Shown here: one piece after another, positions 21,101 to 25,577 of the stretch | Layout of the letters: each line of letters opens with the position of its first letter | Numbering within the stretch: position 1 is the first letter of the stretch | Source: Candidatus Poribacteria bacterium | GTDB lineage: Bacteria; Poribacteria; WGA-4E; WGA-3G | NCBI GenBank assembly: GCA_963663765.2 | Contig: CAXXUA010000005.1 | Coordinates: forward strand, 1,056,001-1,120,000 | Reading direction: 5' to 3' | Length of the DNA stretch: 64,000 nt | Made by a program: the position numbers and the translations under genes | The notes under the pieces: model-generated | Told to the model about the DNA's origin: nothing | Databases searched by the model: none | What the model saw: only the letters and a program-made list of their open reading frames with translations

Positions 21101-22749
21101 TCGCAGGATATAATGGTCCCGCTCTTACAGCACAAGTGTCTGTCTCTGCCACAAGTACAACAACCCCAGCAAACCGTGCGCCAGTATTTAGCGATGGTAG
21201 CAGCACCACGCGCTCTATAGCAGAAAACACCGCATCGGCTGTAAATATCGGCAATGCCGTTGCTGCCACAGATGCGGATACAGGTGATACGCTCAACTAT
21301 ACACTTGGTGGCACCGATGCCGCATCGTTTGATATTGTCAGCAGTTCGGGGCAGCTACAAACTAAAGCTACACTTGACTACGAAACGAAGACATCCTTCT
21401 CCGTCATCGTCTCTGTTACGGATGGTAGTGGCACGAGTGATAGCATCACCGTGACAATCAATATCACTGACATAAACGAAGATATTCCAAACCGTGCGCC
21501 AGTATTTACCGAAGGTAGCAGCACCACGCGCTCAGTAACAGAAAACACGGCATCAGGTGTAAATATCGGCAATCCTATATCTGCGACAGATGCGGATGGG
21601 AATACGCTCACCTATAGTCTTGGTGGCACAAATGCATCAGCGTTTAGCATTGTCAGCAGTTCAGGGCAGCTACAAACAAATGCTCCCTTGGATTATGAAA
21701 CCAAGACTTCCTACTCTGTCATCGTCTTTGTCTCTGATGGGAATGGTGGAACAGATAGCATTACAGTCACAATTAATATCACTGATGTGTCTGAGACACA
21801 GACAACTACAAATGACACACCATCCATCAGTGTTTCTGCGGATACGACATTAACAGAAGCAACACTTGATGGCACGGAGGTTACCCTCACGCTAACAGGT
21901 GGCACTTATGAAAGCTCATTCTGGAATTATCAAAAGGTATCTGTCTCTGGGATCACAGGAGTGACTTTTGATGACTTTTTTGATGTTGACCGGGCGAGTA
22001 GCACAGAACTCACAGTCGAACTGACATTTGATGGGAACATGACCACCGATGGCACACTGACCTTCACCGTTGAGTCGGATGCTATTGTGGATTATGACGG
22101 TTCGGCACTGACTGCACAAATATCAGTCTCCGCAGTCAGTGAGTCAGTCACCGCTTCGCCATCTACATTGACCGAGGCGACACTTGATAGCATAGAGGTT
22201 ACCCTCACGCTCAGCGGACGGATATTTGAGCGATCTATTTTTGACATTAGAGATGCTGTGTCAGTCTCAGGTATTTCGGGTGTAACATTCCCGTGGCACG
22301 ACCCGGATAAAGATAGTGATACCGAAATCACCATGGAACTGGAATTTGGTGGAGATATGACAAGTGATGGCACACTCACCTTTACCGTCGGTGCGGATGC
22401 CATCGCGGGATACAACGGTCCCGCACTCACAGCGCAAGTATCTGTCACCGCGAGCCGAGTGAACGCGCTTGGAGCAAACTTCCCAAATCCATTCAATCCT
22501 GAAACATGGATACCTTATAAGTTGGCAAAGGATGCGGAGGTCACACTGCATATCTACGCTGTGAATGGCACATTGGTACGGACGTTGGCACTCGGGCATC
22601 AACCCGCGGGTATGTACCAAAGTCGTAGTCGCGCTGCGCATTGGGATGGTAAAAACGAGTTCGGTGAGTCTGTCGCAAGTGGTGTGTATTTCTATACGCT
22701 TACCGCAGGCGATTTTTCTGCGACGCGTAAAATGTTGATACGGAAGTAA
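3127..22749 (+). CDS. Giant secreted multidomain surface protein (6540 aa): ~13 capped LRR modules, cadherin-like repeats, metzincin-type protease domain, internalin-like LRR + Big_1 blocks, 'TEATL' Ig-like repeats, FlgD-Ig/T9SS-type-A-like C-terminal sorting domain
   Basis: GGGGAG RBS; N-terminal signal peptide (..GYA-D); 24-aa LxxLxLxxNQLxxLPxGxF repeats; LDYETK cadherin motifs; HELAHAFGLHH at ~5062-5094; terminal NFPNPFNPETWIPY...GVYFY...TRKMLIRK. Confidence 0.93.
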   Translation: MLNSNKKHIVSIFVAILIALGMSNTGYADITPVSERTQQVQDAIVAAVPGVNSAADVTEAHLASIGRLRLIGKNIAALKEGDFDGLTSLVRLSIGRNPLSSLPEGIFSDLTSLTFLDMGGNQISNLSADVFSGLSSLTSLIMPANQISSLPAGIFSDLSSIQHISLWGNQLTTLPSGLFTGLSSLAEIHLKSNQISSLPADVFSGLSSLTTIRLGSNRLSILPAGLFSGLSSLTTIELGWNQLNNLSAGLFTGLSSLTKIELYGNQLTTLPTGLFSGLSSLDSISLYRNQLSSLPMGIFSGLSSLTTLNLSDNAPELSLIIELQQVGVNQFKAVMATGAPFTIVVPLNVANGSIMGGATTATIPIGSVESTPFTVIPTPGTSDAVSLLLGTLPDLPSDHRGYTLAPFNFPPEFVEGPSTIRTVAEDIHTGGDVGTAVSATDPYNDPLTYTLSGTDASSFTIDATTGQLRTNIRLDYETQSTYMVTVNVTDGTLNDSIAVTINVTDVEPEVLNAGEPRTVRLFYFLPNDRPYRQEVVDAMKTGILEVQSFYADQMAAHGHGNTTFNIETDAQGDPIVHRIDADNSDSRYASRGYTDGEIARAFDTSTMISVIVMDVSHHRVRGQGTGDKSNGWLIIYEDWNWFTAAHELAHAFGLHHDFRDNTDILSYGTTDRSTATLSAAAAEFLSVHPYFDSSIPLEIGTRPTVELVSPTTYPAGSESVNIRVRVRDDTGLHQAMLFVRPNNPFRGTTPELKLWQKLDGETDTTVVFNFDGRVPSDSDKSDPDAHKTLANANQHEISVMAVDTEGNWYRSNFITLEAGEAQEITIPLSDRTPQVRDAIVAAVPGVNSARGVTAAHLAAITRLDLQHEGITSLKTGDFDGLTALITLLLGSNSLTSLPEGVFSGLSSLTTLYVGFNSLTSLPEGVFSGLSSLTTLGLRDNSLTSLPAGVFDGLSALTTLYLNNNDLTSLPAGIFSGLSSLTTLNLKGNAVYPMPLTVKLVKVGADQFQLDVPTGAPSDMDLPLIVVNGTINGGVERVTIPTGSVRSDVLTVTRTPGTTAAVIVDLERTVPSPTGADYVFYKSFAHLEIFSPLAGAPTPVTKRTPQVLDAIVAAVPEIDHIHHDRDIRYLIGGQFVDKKYNMGHYVSEAHLAAITNLDVFGVSGGADLSLSGNWFSLHGNATELKLGDFDGMTNLAKLRLDGNELSSLPAGLFDNLTNLTTLNLSSNELSSLPAGLFDNLTNLTYLNLFDNPLSPLPEGYFDKLTNLTTLILPPFITPTPVTEVGEITLPIADRTPQVRDAIVAAAGVNSAADVTAAHLAAITELDLEAENIAALKQGDFDNLPGLELLVLNGTFNVLPEGIFDSLTNLKSLGIRSTQLRSLPAGIFDNLTNLINFVIDNTPLRSLPAGIFDNLTNLKSLGIVNTQLSSLPVGIFDNLTNVPFIFLNNNQLSSLPDGIFDKATMWLFLNDNQLSSLPDGIFEGIFDEPPDLTLFGGVPPDQLPEGDSDSIDFTFVTLGGNLVDPMPLTVSLERVGEGQFKAVAPAGAPFELVLPIRIANGSINRGVESITIPVGGVESVTFTVTRTSGATYATTVNIGTLPQLPSGHSGYTLVKSDALPLVFSELGGQVIVPVSERTPEVRDAIVAAVPGVNSAADVTEAHLAAITSLGLGLSNPTKVGDFDGLTGLTRIGMGTDLTSIPVGFFNELNNLTFLDWEDLQLSSLPAGIFDNLPNLTHMSLGFVQLSSLPDGIFDNLTNLTTFYLGSLQLSSLPDGIFDNLTNLTVLDLGSPKLSSLPDGIFDNLTNLTSLRISQTQMLTLPDGLLSGLSSLTSLSFFSNAADPMPLTISLEKVGTDQFKAVAPTGAPFDMVLPITVTDGSISGGTTTLTILAGSMESEVLTVTRTPGATYATTVNIGIFPSLPANHTGYSLVKSVDLPLTFPELGGQVFTSVGSRTSQVAEAILGVVRLNDPNVSSFAEITNSHLTGITALYLNGRNITSLKSGDFEGLSSLEELRLHSNQLTSLPEDIFSGLTALTTLTLYGNQLSTLPPGIFNGLSSLATLRFALNQLTTLPADIFYGLNSLTDLHMIGNQLSELPEGIFVGLTGLTTLRLDSNAVNPLPLTVSLEKVGNGQFKAVAPTGAPFDVVLPISVTDGIISGSATTLTILAGSVESDVLTVTRTPDTTGAVTVNIGTLPSLPSTHSGYTLVKSADLPLSYPLPEIRTLIGSRTQQVQDAIVAAVPGVSNAVDVTEAHLAAITLLDFGFKSIRSLTAGDFDGLTALEWLNLPNDTQLSTLPAGIFDDLTALTLLNLSRIQLSTLPAGIFDKLTNLKRLYLSSNQLSSLPAGIFDKLTNLTEIHLDGNPLSTLPVGIFNRLTALTKLELHDTPLSTLPAGIFNKLSDLTFLNLHNNQLNSLPVGIFNRLTALTNLYLSDNPGSPFSLTVILEKVANGQFKAVAPTGAPFEIVLPLTVTDGSINGGTTTVTIPAGSVESDVLSVTRTPGATYATTVNIGNPLPSLPANHGGYSLVKSVVLPLAFPELGGQVFTSVGSRTSQVAEAILGVVRLNDPNVSSFAEITNSHLTGITALYLNGRNITSLKSGDFEGLSSLEELRLQSNQLTSLPEDIFSGLTALQTLTLWSNQLTTLPPGIFNGLSSLATLRFGYNQLTTLPADIFYGLNSLTDLRMIGNQLSELPDGIFAGLTGLTRLSLDNNAVDPLLLTVSLEKVSTDQFKAVAPTGAPYEMVLPLALTNGRVSGGATTSTIPAGSVESDVLTVTRTPDTTGTVAVNIGALPSLPANHTGYSLVKSADLPLSYALPEVRSLIGSRTPQVRDAIVAAVPGVNSAADVTAAHLAAIRILTLSNQSIISLKDGDFDGLTTLKELLLHENSIIDISPLAGLTSLTNLDLAFNDITDLSPLAGLTSLTRFSLQANSSIIDLSPLAGLTSLTTLDLSDNSLTDISALAGLTALTTLELDRNSLTDISALAGLTALTTLELNSNNLTDISPLASLTALTWLRLADNSIIDYGPLRRLIAVIKAAGRSLNLDITIPSLLAGHTPAVRDAIVAAVPGVNNAADVTKSHLAAITNLNLQSKSITSLKSGDFAGLTALEELLLYSNQISSLPEDIFDGLSALRTLNLFNNRLSSLPDGLLEGLTSLTTLRLNGNAVNPIPLIVTLRMVAEGQFKAVAPKGAPFDIVVPISVSNGSLSGGATSVTIPTGSVESDVITVTRTPGVTFAVSVDIGTLPGIPTDHYGYSLVKSANLPIELISEVIPIVLVDKGVCKVGDILTIGESCTYPDTDAVFSVIADGRSQWNIPGLPDWLATFVNRISINDSMSITSTVNGKTYRFEARAVENDSWQIDQIGDRTRESIASGINIPDANLRTKIEAALSKSSGDTITITEMETLTSLNGQDSSISDLTGLETATNLTTLKLGDNTISDISVLRSLTKLTELQLWDNRISNLSDLSGLTNLTKLYLWGNSISDISHLSRLTSLTHLRLGENNISNISTVSNLTNLTQLYLNENTITDISAVAGLTNLTELVIGSNTIADITAVQNLTNLEWLDMPNNEISDISAVQNLTSLVELYFANNAVSDVSPLLSNTGFDANTEIDITGNPLSYPSIYSHIPALQAKNVYVDFDNRVATVPVKMSGDTQQDNTNATLAQPFIVEVKDSSSVVFAGVPVTFAITAGGGTLSATNTTTDVNGRAQSTLTLGDTAGINTVSVSVPGVTQTITFTATATSQQVTGINIPDGKLRAKIASALGKTSGEPITATEMATLTSLNGQDSSISDLTGLETATNLTTLKLGDNTISNISAISGLTNLTELQLWDNRISNLSDLSGLTNLTKLYLWGNSISDISHLSGLTSLTHLRLGENNISNISTVSNLTNLTQLYLNENSITDISAVAGLTNLTELRIGDNTISDITPVQNLTNLEWLDIPNNSISDISAVQNLTSLTELYFANNAVSDLSPLVSNTGFDANTEIDSTGNPLSYPSIYTHIPALQAKDVYIDFDNRVATVPVKISGDTQSGETGATLTQPFIIEVKDSGSVVFAGVPVTFAITAGGGTLSATNTTTDIKGRAQTTLTLGDTDGTNTISVSVPGVTQTITFTATATAPVVVYITPVGDRTSQVAQAILGVVRLDYPTVSNYAEITATHIASPTTLYLNNKNITILKSGDFDGLTGLEDLRLNNNQLTSLPSDIFSGLTALINLNLFNNKLSSLPDGIFEGLTSLTKIRLARNTVDPLPVTVSLEKVAEGQFKAVAPTGAPFTIVLPINVANGSITGSATTLTIPQGSLESDILNVTRTSGTTANVTVDIGTLPSLPRNHFGYTLAKSDDLPLAVITSVNTAPVFTDGTSVTRTVAENTAAAVNIGTPIAATDANNDTLTYTLSGTDASAFDIDSTTGQLKTKATLDYETKSTYTLTITVSDGSLTDTITVTINITDIDEAVVVDPPTTNVAPTFTDGESTTRIILENTPANTNIGNPVNATDENNDTLTYAVGGVDAASFDIDSTTGQLKTKASLDYETKRVYSVTITAADDELSDAITVIISIIDVNDTVVSVGFVPVANRTSQVRDAIVAAVLNVTDAASVTESQVAAITSLNLRSMGISSLKTGDFSGMTALTTLNLFRNQLSELPPGIFDGLTALTNLRLGGNVVDPLPIIVSLQSVGSGEFKAVITTGAPFSMVLPITATDGSISGGITSVTIPQGSSESASFTVIGTSAKVSFGSLPGLPSNHFGYTFAQSTVCNRTTEVADAIAKAIGVSDCSDVTEVDLATITRLDLSGASITTLQTGDFDGMVSLQTLYLENNELTSLPNGIFNDLVSMTFLSLNENKLTTLPSAIFSKLTSLTHLDIFDNDLSSLPNGVFTGLSALSSLSLKDNELVYLPGTIFSGLSSLTSLSLSNNKLTSITDGIFDGLTQLSQLHLSLNPNANTLLSLRVSLQKVGTNSLKAVVPSGAPFTMTIPVKITNGVLEDGATTITIPIGTVESQPLTITRTAGAVAAVTADIGTVLPRLPSNHNGYALVRSRTLPLEVLPSLNSPPVFTEGTSTTRTISENTATGINIGDAITATDVNTADTLTYTLSGTDAAAFDINSTTGQLTTKVALDYETKNAYSVTLTVSDSIATDTIGVTINISNVNEPPVFATGSPTTHTVAENTASGENIGTAYSATDVDGDTLTYTLGGTDANVFSIERTTGQLKTRSALDYETKPTYTLTITVSDGSLTDTITVTINVTDVDDTPTLNVSTAAPLTEATLHGSVVTLTLSKGIYHTNWNYVNRNVEVSGITGVTIRSQSLDRVSDTKATVELEFNGDITTDGTLTFTVGAGALANYTGSALTAQISVSSITEPPTSLNVTAAAPLTEATLNESVVTLTLSGATYHINWNYVNRNVAVSGITGVTIRSQSLDRVSDTKATVELEFNGDFDTDGTLTFTVGAAALANYTGPALTAQISVSSITEPPTSLNVTAAAPLTEATLNESVVTLTLSGATYHINWNYVNRNVAVSGITGVTIRSQSLDRVSDTKATVELEFNGDITTDGILTFTVGAAALANYNGPALTAQISVSSITESPTSLTTSTASPLTEATLHGGIITLNLNGLTFDHSKFTIRDAITLSGISDVTVDTFDVDRVSDTQATFELTFDGNMTSDSILTISLGANAINDYDGDALTSQMSVTAVTESITTSTTSPLTKAALDESVVTLTLSGRKFEAYNSVIRPAVSVSGISGVTVGTYDIDRKSDTEITVELTFDGDITTDGTLTFTVGANAIVGYNGPALTVQVSVSAGTETPVDPITPVQPSTPTLSISTANPLTEATLHGGIITFNLSGGTFERSIFTIKEAMTLTGISGVTVGTFGADRVSDTQVTVELAFNGNMTTDSTLTISVGAGAIKDYDGTTFTAQIPVTANTESVVASTAAPLTETTLDESVVTLTLSGAKYASSIFDIRGAVTVSGISGVTFPFHQPDRESDTKITIELEFDGDMTSDGTLTFTVGAGAIAGYNGPALTAQVSVSATSTTTPANRAPVFSDGSSTTRSIAENTASAVNIGNAVAATDADTGDTLNYTLGGTDAASFDIVSSSGQLQTKATLDYETKTSFSVIVSVTDGSGTSDSITVTINITDINEDIPNRAPVFTEGSSTTRSVTENTASGVNIGNPISATDADGNTLTYSLGGTNASAFSIVSSSGQLQTNAPLDYETKTSYSVIVFVSDGNGGTDSITVTINITDVSETQTTTNDTPSISVSADTTLTEATLDGTEVTLTLTGGTYESSFWNYQKVSVSGITGVTFDDFFDVDRASSTELTVELTFDGNMTTDGTLTFTVESDAIVDYDGSALTAQISVSAVSESVTASPSTLTEATLDSIEVTLTLSGRIFERSIFDIRDAVSVSGISGVTFPWHDPDKDSDTEITMELEFGGDMTSDGTLTFTVGADAIAGYNGPALTAQVSVTASRVNALGANFPNPFNPETWIPYKLAKDAEVTLHIYAVNGTLVRTLALGHQPAGMYQSRSRAAHWDGKNEFGESVASGVYFYTLTAGDFSATRKMLIRK

Positions 22750-22765
22750 CATTTAACCCATAAGC

Positions 22766-22795
22766 ATGGAAGGGTGTTATCTTATACTCTTCCAT
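22766..22795 (+). terminator. Stem-loop after the giant gene (duplicated at ~23551-23580)
   Basis: ATGGAAGGGTGT / ATACTCTTCCAT stem. No U-tract, so it may be a stability or processing hairpin rather than a terminator. Confidence 0.35.
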
Positions 22796-22846
22796 CCAAT
22801 AACCCGATTGCACGTCGCAATCAAAAATTTATAAAAGGAATATGCG

Positions 22847-23461
22847 ATGAAAACTTTAGTTATGTATCGAAAATTTCTAACGACATCTATATTTACTTTA
22901 CTTGTTTCCCTTGTCTTACCTATAGCACCTGCTTCGGCAACTGAATTCGAGCTAGGAACACAATTCGGATTTACCCAATTACATCAAGAGTCCTCTTCAA
23001 GTATATTGTATCTACAGGCGCCCACAGGAGAAATAGGTGATGCCGGAGCCTCACCTTACCTAACTTTTTTTCCTCATAAGCAGTTTGCTATTAGTCCTAC
23101 ATTCAGTTTTGCACAGGTAACAAGTTCTTACACGTATTTGGAAGAAAGTATAAGCTCTAGTACAAGTGGGCTCTACTTAGGAAGTAAATTTCACCTTTTT
23201 CTTCGTGGGCATGAAGTGTCTAATCCTTACTTATTTAGTAAAGTGTCCATAACCACTACATTTAGTGAAAATAGTGACAATGAATCAATATATGCTGTCG
23301 GTGTGGGAGCTGGTTATCAATGGCACATTGCACCTGTTTATTTCCTTCGGTTGGAAGGACAGTATCACCGTATAATTGATGAAGATGACCATTCCAACGC
23401 GTATTCAGTTACCATGGGTATCGGTGTTCGGTTTTGGGGTGCTGATAACCCCGCACCCTGA
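22847..23461 (+). CDS. Small outer-membrane beta-barrel protein (OmpA/OMP_b-brl-like), copy 1
   Basis: Signal peptide (..ASA-TEF); amphipathic strands; NPY and GVGAGYQW motifs; terminal GIGVRF strand. Confidence 0.75.
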   Translation: MKTLVMYRKFLTTSIFTLLVSLVLPIAPASATEFELGTQFGFTQLHQESSSSILYLQAPTGEIGDAGASPYLTFFPHKQFAISPTFSFAQVTSSYTYLEESISSSTSGLYLGSKFHLFLRGHEVSNPYLFSKVSITTTFSENSDNESIYAVGVGAGYQWHIAPVYFLRLEGQYHRIIDEDDHSNAYSVTMGIGVRFWGADNPAP

Positions 23462-23469
23462 GATAACAT

Positions 23470-23534
23470 GCGGTAGCGATTTTTCTGCAACGCGCAAGAT
23501 TTAGGCTACACGCAAGATGTTGATACGGAAGTAA
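23470..23534 (+). repeat. Non-coding remnant of the sorting-domain 3' end (GDFSATRK...ATRKMLIRK*)
   Basis: GCGATTTTTCTGCAACGCGCAAGAT and ACACGCAAGATGTTGATACGGAAGTAA match 22709-22749; a second remnant lies at 24246-24313. Confidence 0.85.
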
Positions 23535-23631
23535 CATTTAACCCATAAGCATGGAAGGGTGTTATCTTATACTCTTCCATCCAATAACCCGATTGCACGT
23601 CGCAATCAAAAATTTATAAAAGGAATATGCA

Positions 23632-24237
23632 ATGAAAACTTTAGTTATGTATCGAAAATTTCTAACGACATCTGTATTTACTTTACTTGTTTCCCTTGTC
23701 TTACCTATAGTTCCTGCTTCAGCAACTGAATTCGAGGTAGGAACACAATTCGGATTTACCCGAGTACTTGCAGAGGAATCTTCAAGTGGATTTGGATATT
23801 CCTCTTCAGGTATTACGTATCTACAGGCACCCACAGGAGAAATAGGTGATGCCGGAGCCTCACCTTACCTAACTTTTTTTCCTCATAAGCAGCTTGCTAT
23901 TAGTCCTGCATTCAGTTTTCTAATGGAAGCGGGATCTACAACTGGGCTCTACTTAGGAAGTAAATTTCACCTTTTTCTTCTTGGTCATGAAGTGTCTAAT
24001 CCTTACTTATTTAGTAAAGTGTCCATAACCACTACAGTTTATGAAAATGGTTACAATAAATTAATATATGCTGTCGGTGTGGGAGCTGGTTATCAATGGC
24101 ACATTGCACCTGTTTATTTCCTTCGGTTGGAAGGACAGTATCACCGTATAATTGATGAAGATGACCATTCCAACGCGTATTCAGTTACCATGGGTATCGG
24201 AGTTCGGTTTGGGAGTGTTGATAACCCCACACCCTGA
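23632..24237 (+). CDS. Small outer-membrane beta-barrel protein, copy 2 (tandem duplicate, 785-bp period)
   Basis: Near-identical to 22847-23461, including the upstream intergenic DNA, except in three loop segments. Confidence 0.75.
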   Translation: MKTLVMYRKFLTTSVFTLLVSLVLPIVPASATEFEVGTQFGFTRVLAEESSSGFGYSSSGITYLQAPTGEIGDAGASPYLTFFPHKQLAISPAFSFLMEAGSTTGLYLGSKFHLFLLGHEVSNPYLFSKVSITTTVYENGYNKLIYAVGVGAGYQWHIAPVYFLRLEGQYHRIIDEDDHSNAYSVTMGIGVRFGSVDNPTP

Positions 24238-24381
24238 GAAAACGTGCGGTAGCGATTTTTCTGCTACGCGCAAGATGATTTAGACTACACGCAAATTGTT
24301 GATTCGGTAGTAATTACCTTTCTCTTGTAGGCCGAGGTCTTATACATCGCCCTACAAGAGAGTTTATAAGGAAACAGAAGT

Positions 24382-25062
24382 ATGCACCCGAAAATTAGAG
24401 TTTCAATTCTAATAGTTGTCTTGCTTGTGACATCGATTGCCCTCATCAGTTGTGGGGCTTTTGAAGAGGAAAACAGTCAACCAGCAATTGGATCCATAAC
24501 CGATAAAACACTTGATGTAGGTGACGAAACAACAGCGGAAGTCAACATCACCGATGCAGATATTGAGGATACACATATTATTAGTGCATCTTCTGAGGAT
24601 GGGAACGTTGCGACTGTTTCAGTTGACGCAGCAGTTATTACCATTACAGGAAAAACGGAAGGGATAACGACAATCACAGTCTCCGTCACCGACGACAGTG
24701 GACAGGACAATGCGGCAGCAACACCGGTAACGTTTAAGGTCACTGTCAATGAACCGCTACCGCCACCACCGATTAGAGCGAATCGGGTTTGCGAGGTTGG
24801 GATGACGTTGGGACCGGGTGAAAGTTGTGGTTATGGACCGCTTGTTGTGTTTTCTGTTCGTGAGGATGGCTCTGCATGCAGAGCCAGTTCAGAACTTATT
24901 TATCACAATGTATTCGGTATTGACGTACGGATTAACAATCCAAGTATATGTGGCGATCACGATATAGACGAAGATGACTTCTTCAATACCAATTTCTCTG
25001 CTGGCAAAAATGAAGACGGAACTTGGACGATAAAGAAAGTTCCGGCATTCAATATTTACTAA
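24382..25062 (+). CDS. Lipoprotein with Ig-like (Big_2/cadherin-like) domain and C-terminal Cys-containing module
   Basis: Lipobox LISC; Thr/Val-rich beta domain; PPPP linker; CEVGMTLGPGESC motif. Confidence 0.7.
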   Translation: MHPKIRVSILIVVLLVTSIALISCGAFEEENSQPAIGSITDKTLDVGDETTAEVNITDADIEDTHIISASSEDGNVATVSVDAAVITITGKTEGITTITVSVTDDSGQDNAAATPVTFKVTVNEPLPPPPIRANRVCEVGMTLGPGESCGYGPLVVFSVREDGSACRASSELIYHNVFGIDVRINNPSICGDHDIDEDDFFNTNFSAGKNEDGTWTIKKVPAFNIY

Positions 25063-25116
25063 TCCCGAAAATCTATAAATTTAGTGAATCTTGCTTCAGA
25101 ACCCGCTGGTCTCTAT

Positions 25117-25268
25117 TATAGTGAAATCCAAAAATATGTCTACACTCCCTGGTAGATGCGGTTTCTAACCAATGCAGAATACCATACGCGTATTCTGCCG
25201 GATTTATACAGGTTCGGTTAGGAAACCGAACCTACCGTCGTGTATAAGTAATTATGGATTTTACTATA
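25117..25268. mobile_element. MITE (TATAGTGAAATCCA-type ends) enclosing an inverted pair of GTAG-REP-like hairpins
   Basis: TATAGTGAAATCCAAAAAT / ATTATGGATTTTACTATA imperfect TIR; internal GGTAGATGCGGTTTCTAACC and GGTTCGGTTAGGAAACCGAACCTACC. Confidence 0.65.
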
Positions 25269-25577
25269 AAACCGTTCCCATGGCTGTCCTTGCAGAGTCT
25301 ACAATACATAATTGCCGAAGGTTGATTTTTGATTATTAACAAGTTTTTCACAAGTTAGCGACCCAATAACATTCGCTAATCACAATTTCGATAATGAAAA
25401 ACAATGAGTCGGTTTTTAGGTGGCAACTTAGGTTGTCAACCGGCATTTCTTTCACTTGTAAAGAGTGGGTGTGCACGAAAGTCTTTCTGCCCACTACAAC
25501 AGCAAGGAGCCACTTCGCATTGAAATCGAATACTTGTATTCTGACAAATTGCTATTCAAAAAAGGAGAACGAATCTC

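Noticed and set aside
3204-22752. Many minus-strand ORFs inside the giant gene
   Set aside because: Antisense shadows of LRR and Thr-rich repeats.
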